DNA of 64,000 nucleotides from the NCBI RefSeq assembly GCF_000142905.1, contig NW_013657679.1:312657-376656 (forward strand), in the 5' to 3' direction. Positions 62,401-64,000 of this stretch are shown here, in pieces (position 1 is the first letter of the stretch; each line of letters opens with the position of its first letter). A program made the position numbers and the translations under genes. Under the pieces are notes generated by a model that saw nothing but the letters and a program-made list of their open reading frames with translations, was not told the DNA's origin and searched no databases. Origin of the DNA: Thecamonas trahens ATCC 50062 (lineage: Eukaryota > Protista > Apusomonadida).

Positions 62401-64000
62401 CACCGCCGACCTGCAGTTTGTCGCGGAGTGCAGCGGCGTAGTACTCGAGAAAGCGGACCACAATGACAGCCTTGGTAACAACCTTGGGAACGGGTCGGCG
62501 AGAAGAGTGAAGAGGGCGTGCCAGGTAAAGGCGACAAGCAGGACCGGATCGCCGGCTTCGGACCTGCGGTCGCCCGGCCGTGGGGTAGCGGCCGTAGCCG
62601 TGGCAGAGAGAAAAGCGTCACGGACAGAGTGAGGATGCGGAATGATGCCGCGGAAGCGCAGGTCATCATCGAAGCGGAGAAGGACAACAAGACAGAGCGG
62701 GACAAGCTCGTGGCGGACAAGCGACGACGAGTCGAAGAGGGCAGCGGGGAGCAGGTCCATGAGCAGATTGGCGAGCACGTTGCGCTCGTTGAAGAAGCGG
62801 GTGAGGTCCGCTTCGGGCTCGTCGAGGCCCGGAATGGCGGCGAGAAACTCCTTGCGCTTGCGCGACCGGCCCGAGGCAAGCGGCGGCATGCCCTCAGTGG
62901 ACGTGCGCAGGGGCAGAACGCCATCAGCCCCGAGGTAGGCGAGCGCGAGCGAGGAGACGGTCGAGCGTAGCGCGCAGACGGCAACGGCACGGATTTGCGG
63001 ATGCGGTGACGAGAGCGCCTGGAGCTGGAGAGCGCGCCAGGCGGCGAGGGTGGCGTCCAGCAAAAAGGTCGCCGGCGCAGCACCCCAGAGCTTGGCCATG
63101 GCAATGATGGCCCACTTGACAATGAGAGGCGGGACAGGTGCCGTCGAGGAAGTGACGACAAAGGCAAGGAGAGCAGCGTCGATGTTGGCGCGGGCAGCGA
63201 CAGCCTGGCCCTGCGGATGCTTGTCCACCAGGAGCGAGATGGCAAACAGCGCCATAACCGAGTCGGTGCAGGTCTTGAGTGAGGTGAGCGAGCCAGTGTC
63301 GCGAAGCTCTGTAAGGCCCGAGTGGACCATAGCTCCAAAGAACGGCAGCTTGGAGTCCTTGATGACCTGGTTGCGGAAGGTGGGGTCAAAGGCGAGGATG
63401 CGGGCCCAGATGGTGACGAGGTAGTGCGAGTGGAGCTGGTTGGCGCCAAGGAGCTGGACAAAGTACGGGCCCATGCCGACCTTGAGACCGCAGTCAACCG
63501 CCCAGTCGCCGAGGAGGAAAAATACCTGTACAAGGCGAAGGGCCTGGGCGCGGTAGCGTGCGCCGAGGATGGCGTGCAGGACGGCCGGGAGCTGAACTGG
63601 CTGGATCTTGGCGTCCGAGAGAGTGACGTCGATCTGGGCCATGCCGAGCCAGACTTCAAAGGCCTGGAGCTGCGAGTCGAAGAACGGCAGCGGCTCTGCG
63701 AGGACGGCGGCGGCCTGCGGAGAGTTTGGTCCGACGAGGGCGAGCGTGGTCAGCTTCTCGAGGAGTACGTCGACGACAAAGTCCCAAGCCATCCACATTG
63801 GGTGGTTGTGCGTGGGAGGAATGGCTGGGTACGAGACCGTGGTTCGCTTGAGCGAGTGCATGATGCGAGTAGCGAGGATAAAGTTGCGGAAGAGCGAGGC
63901 GACAGCCTCGTCCGAGGTGTACAGCCGCTGGTAGGTGGCCTTGGGGAGGACAGACCAGGCGATGCACTCGGTGACGGCACCAAAGATCCAGTGGAGCTCG
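59453..64000 (-). CDS. RPTOR: Raptor/KOG1 (TORC1 subunit): end of RNC domain, HEAT/ARM repeats, WD40; 5'-truncated, -1 frameshift at about 62487
   Basis: ELHWIFGAVTECIAW, VASLFRNFILA.RIM, SYP.IPPTH.HPMW.AWD, FF.SQLQAFEVWL, QLPAVL..IL....R..AL.L...F..LG.WAV, IWARILAFD, DPFP|KV. C-terminal WD40 motifs (LVGTSDGAVRMY, GCSDGSVRW, LSFHP). Confidence 0.92.

Noticed and set aside
59453-64000. Raptor, PIG-X or giant gene as pseudogenes
   Set aside because: Only isolated single-base breaks, with kilobases of intact frame and conserved motifs on both sides.

Overview
GC-rich, gene-dense, intron-poor nuclear DNA from a unicellular eukaryote using the standard genetic code. The gene set, short GTACGN/GTATGC introns and composition are compatible with an apusomonad such as Thecamonas; this is an inference, not verified. 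I can support about 21 protein-coding genes: a cAMP/cGMP phosphodiesterase (partial), an SGF29-like tandem Tudor protein, eIF3f, THG1, nuclear-encoded ATP synthase F1 alpha, RRP6, archease, mitochondrial-type ProRS, a giant coiled-coil protein, a probable MTBP/Sld7 orthologue, a Vip1/BPA1-like RRM protein, UPF3, a DA2/GW2/Sip5-type RING protein, nicotinamidase, a six-thioredoxin-domain PDI, LIN9/ALY, PIG-X, Raptor (partial) and three hypothetical coiled-coil proteins. Main observations: (1) four consecutive minus-strand ORFs (12724-39975) join into one ~9,080-aa coiled-coil protein with internal repeat arrays. (2) Five coding breaks in three genes are all -1 frameshifts at a 3-base homopolymer that would be in frame as 4 bases; sequencing error is most likely, recoding or editing is possible. 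(3) Gene orientation switches at 17 of 20 junctions, with convergent 3' ends 19-76 bp apart or overlapping. No rRNA, tRNA, CRISPR array or mobile element was recognised.
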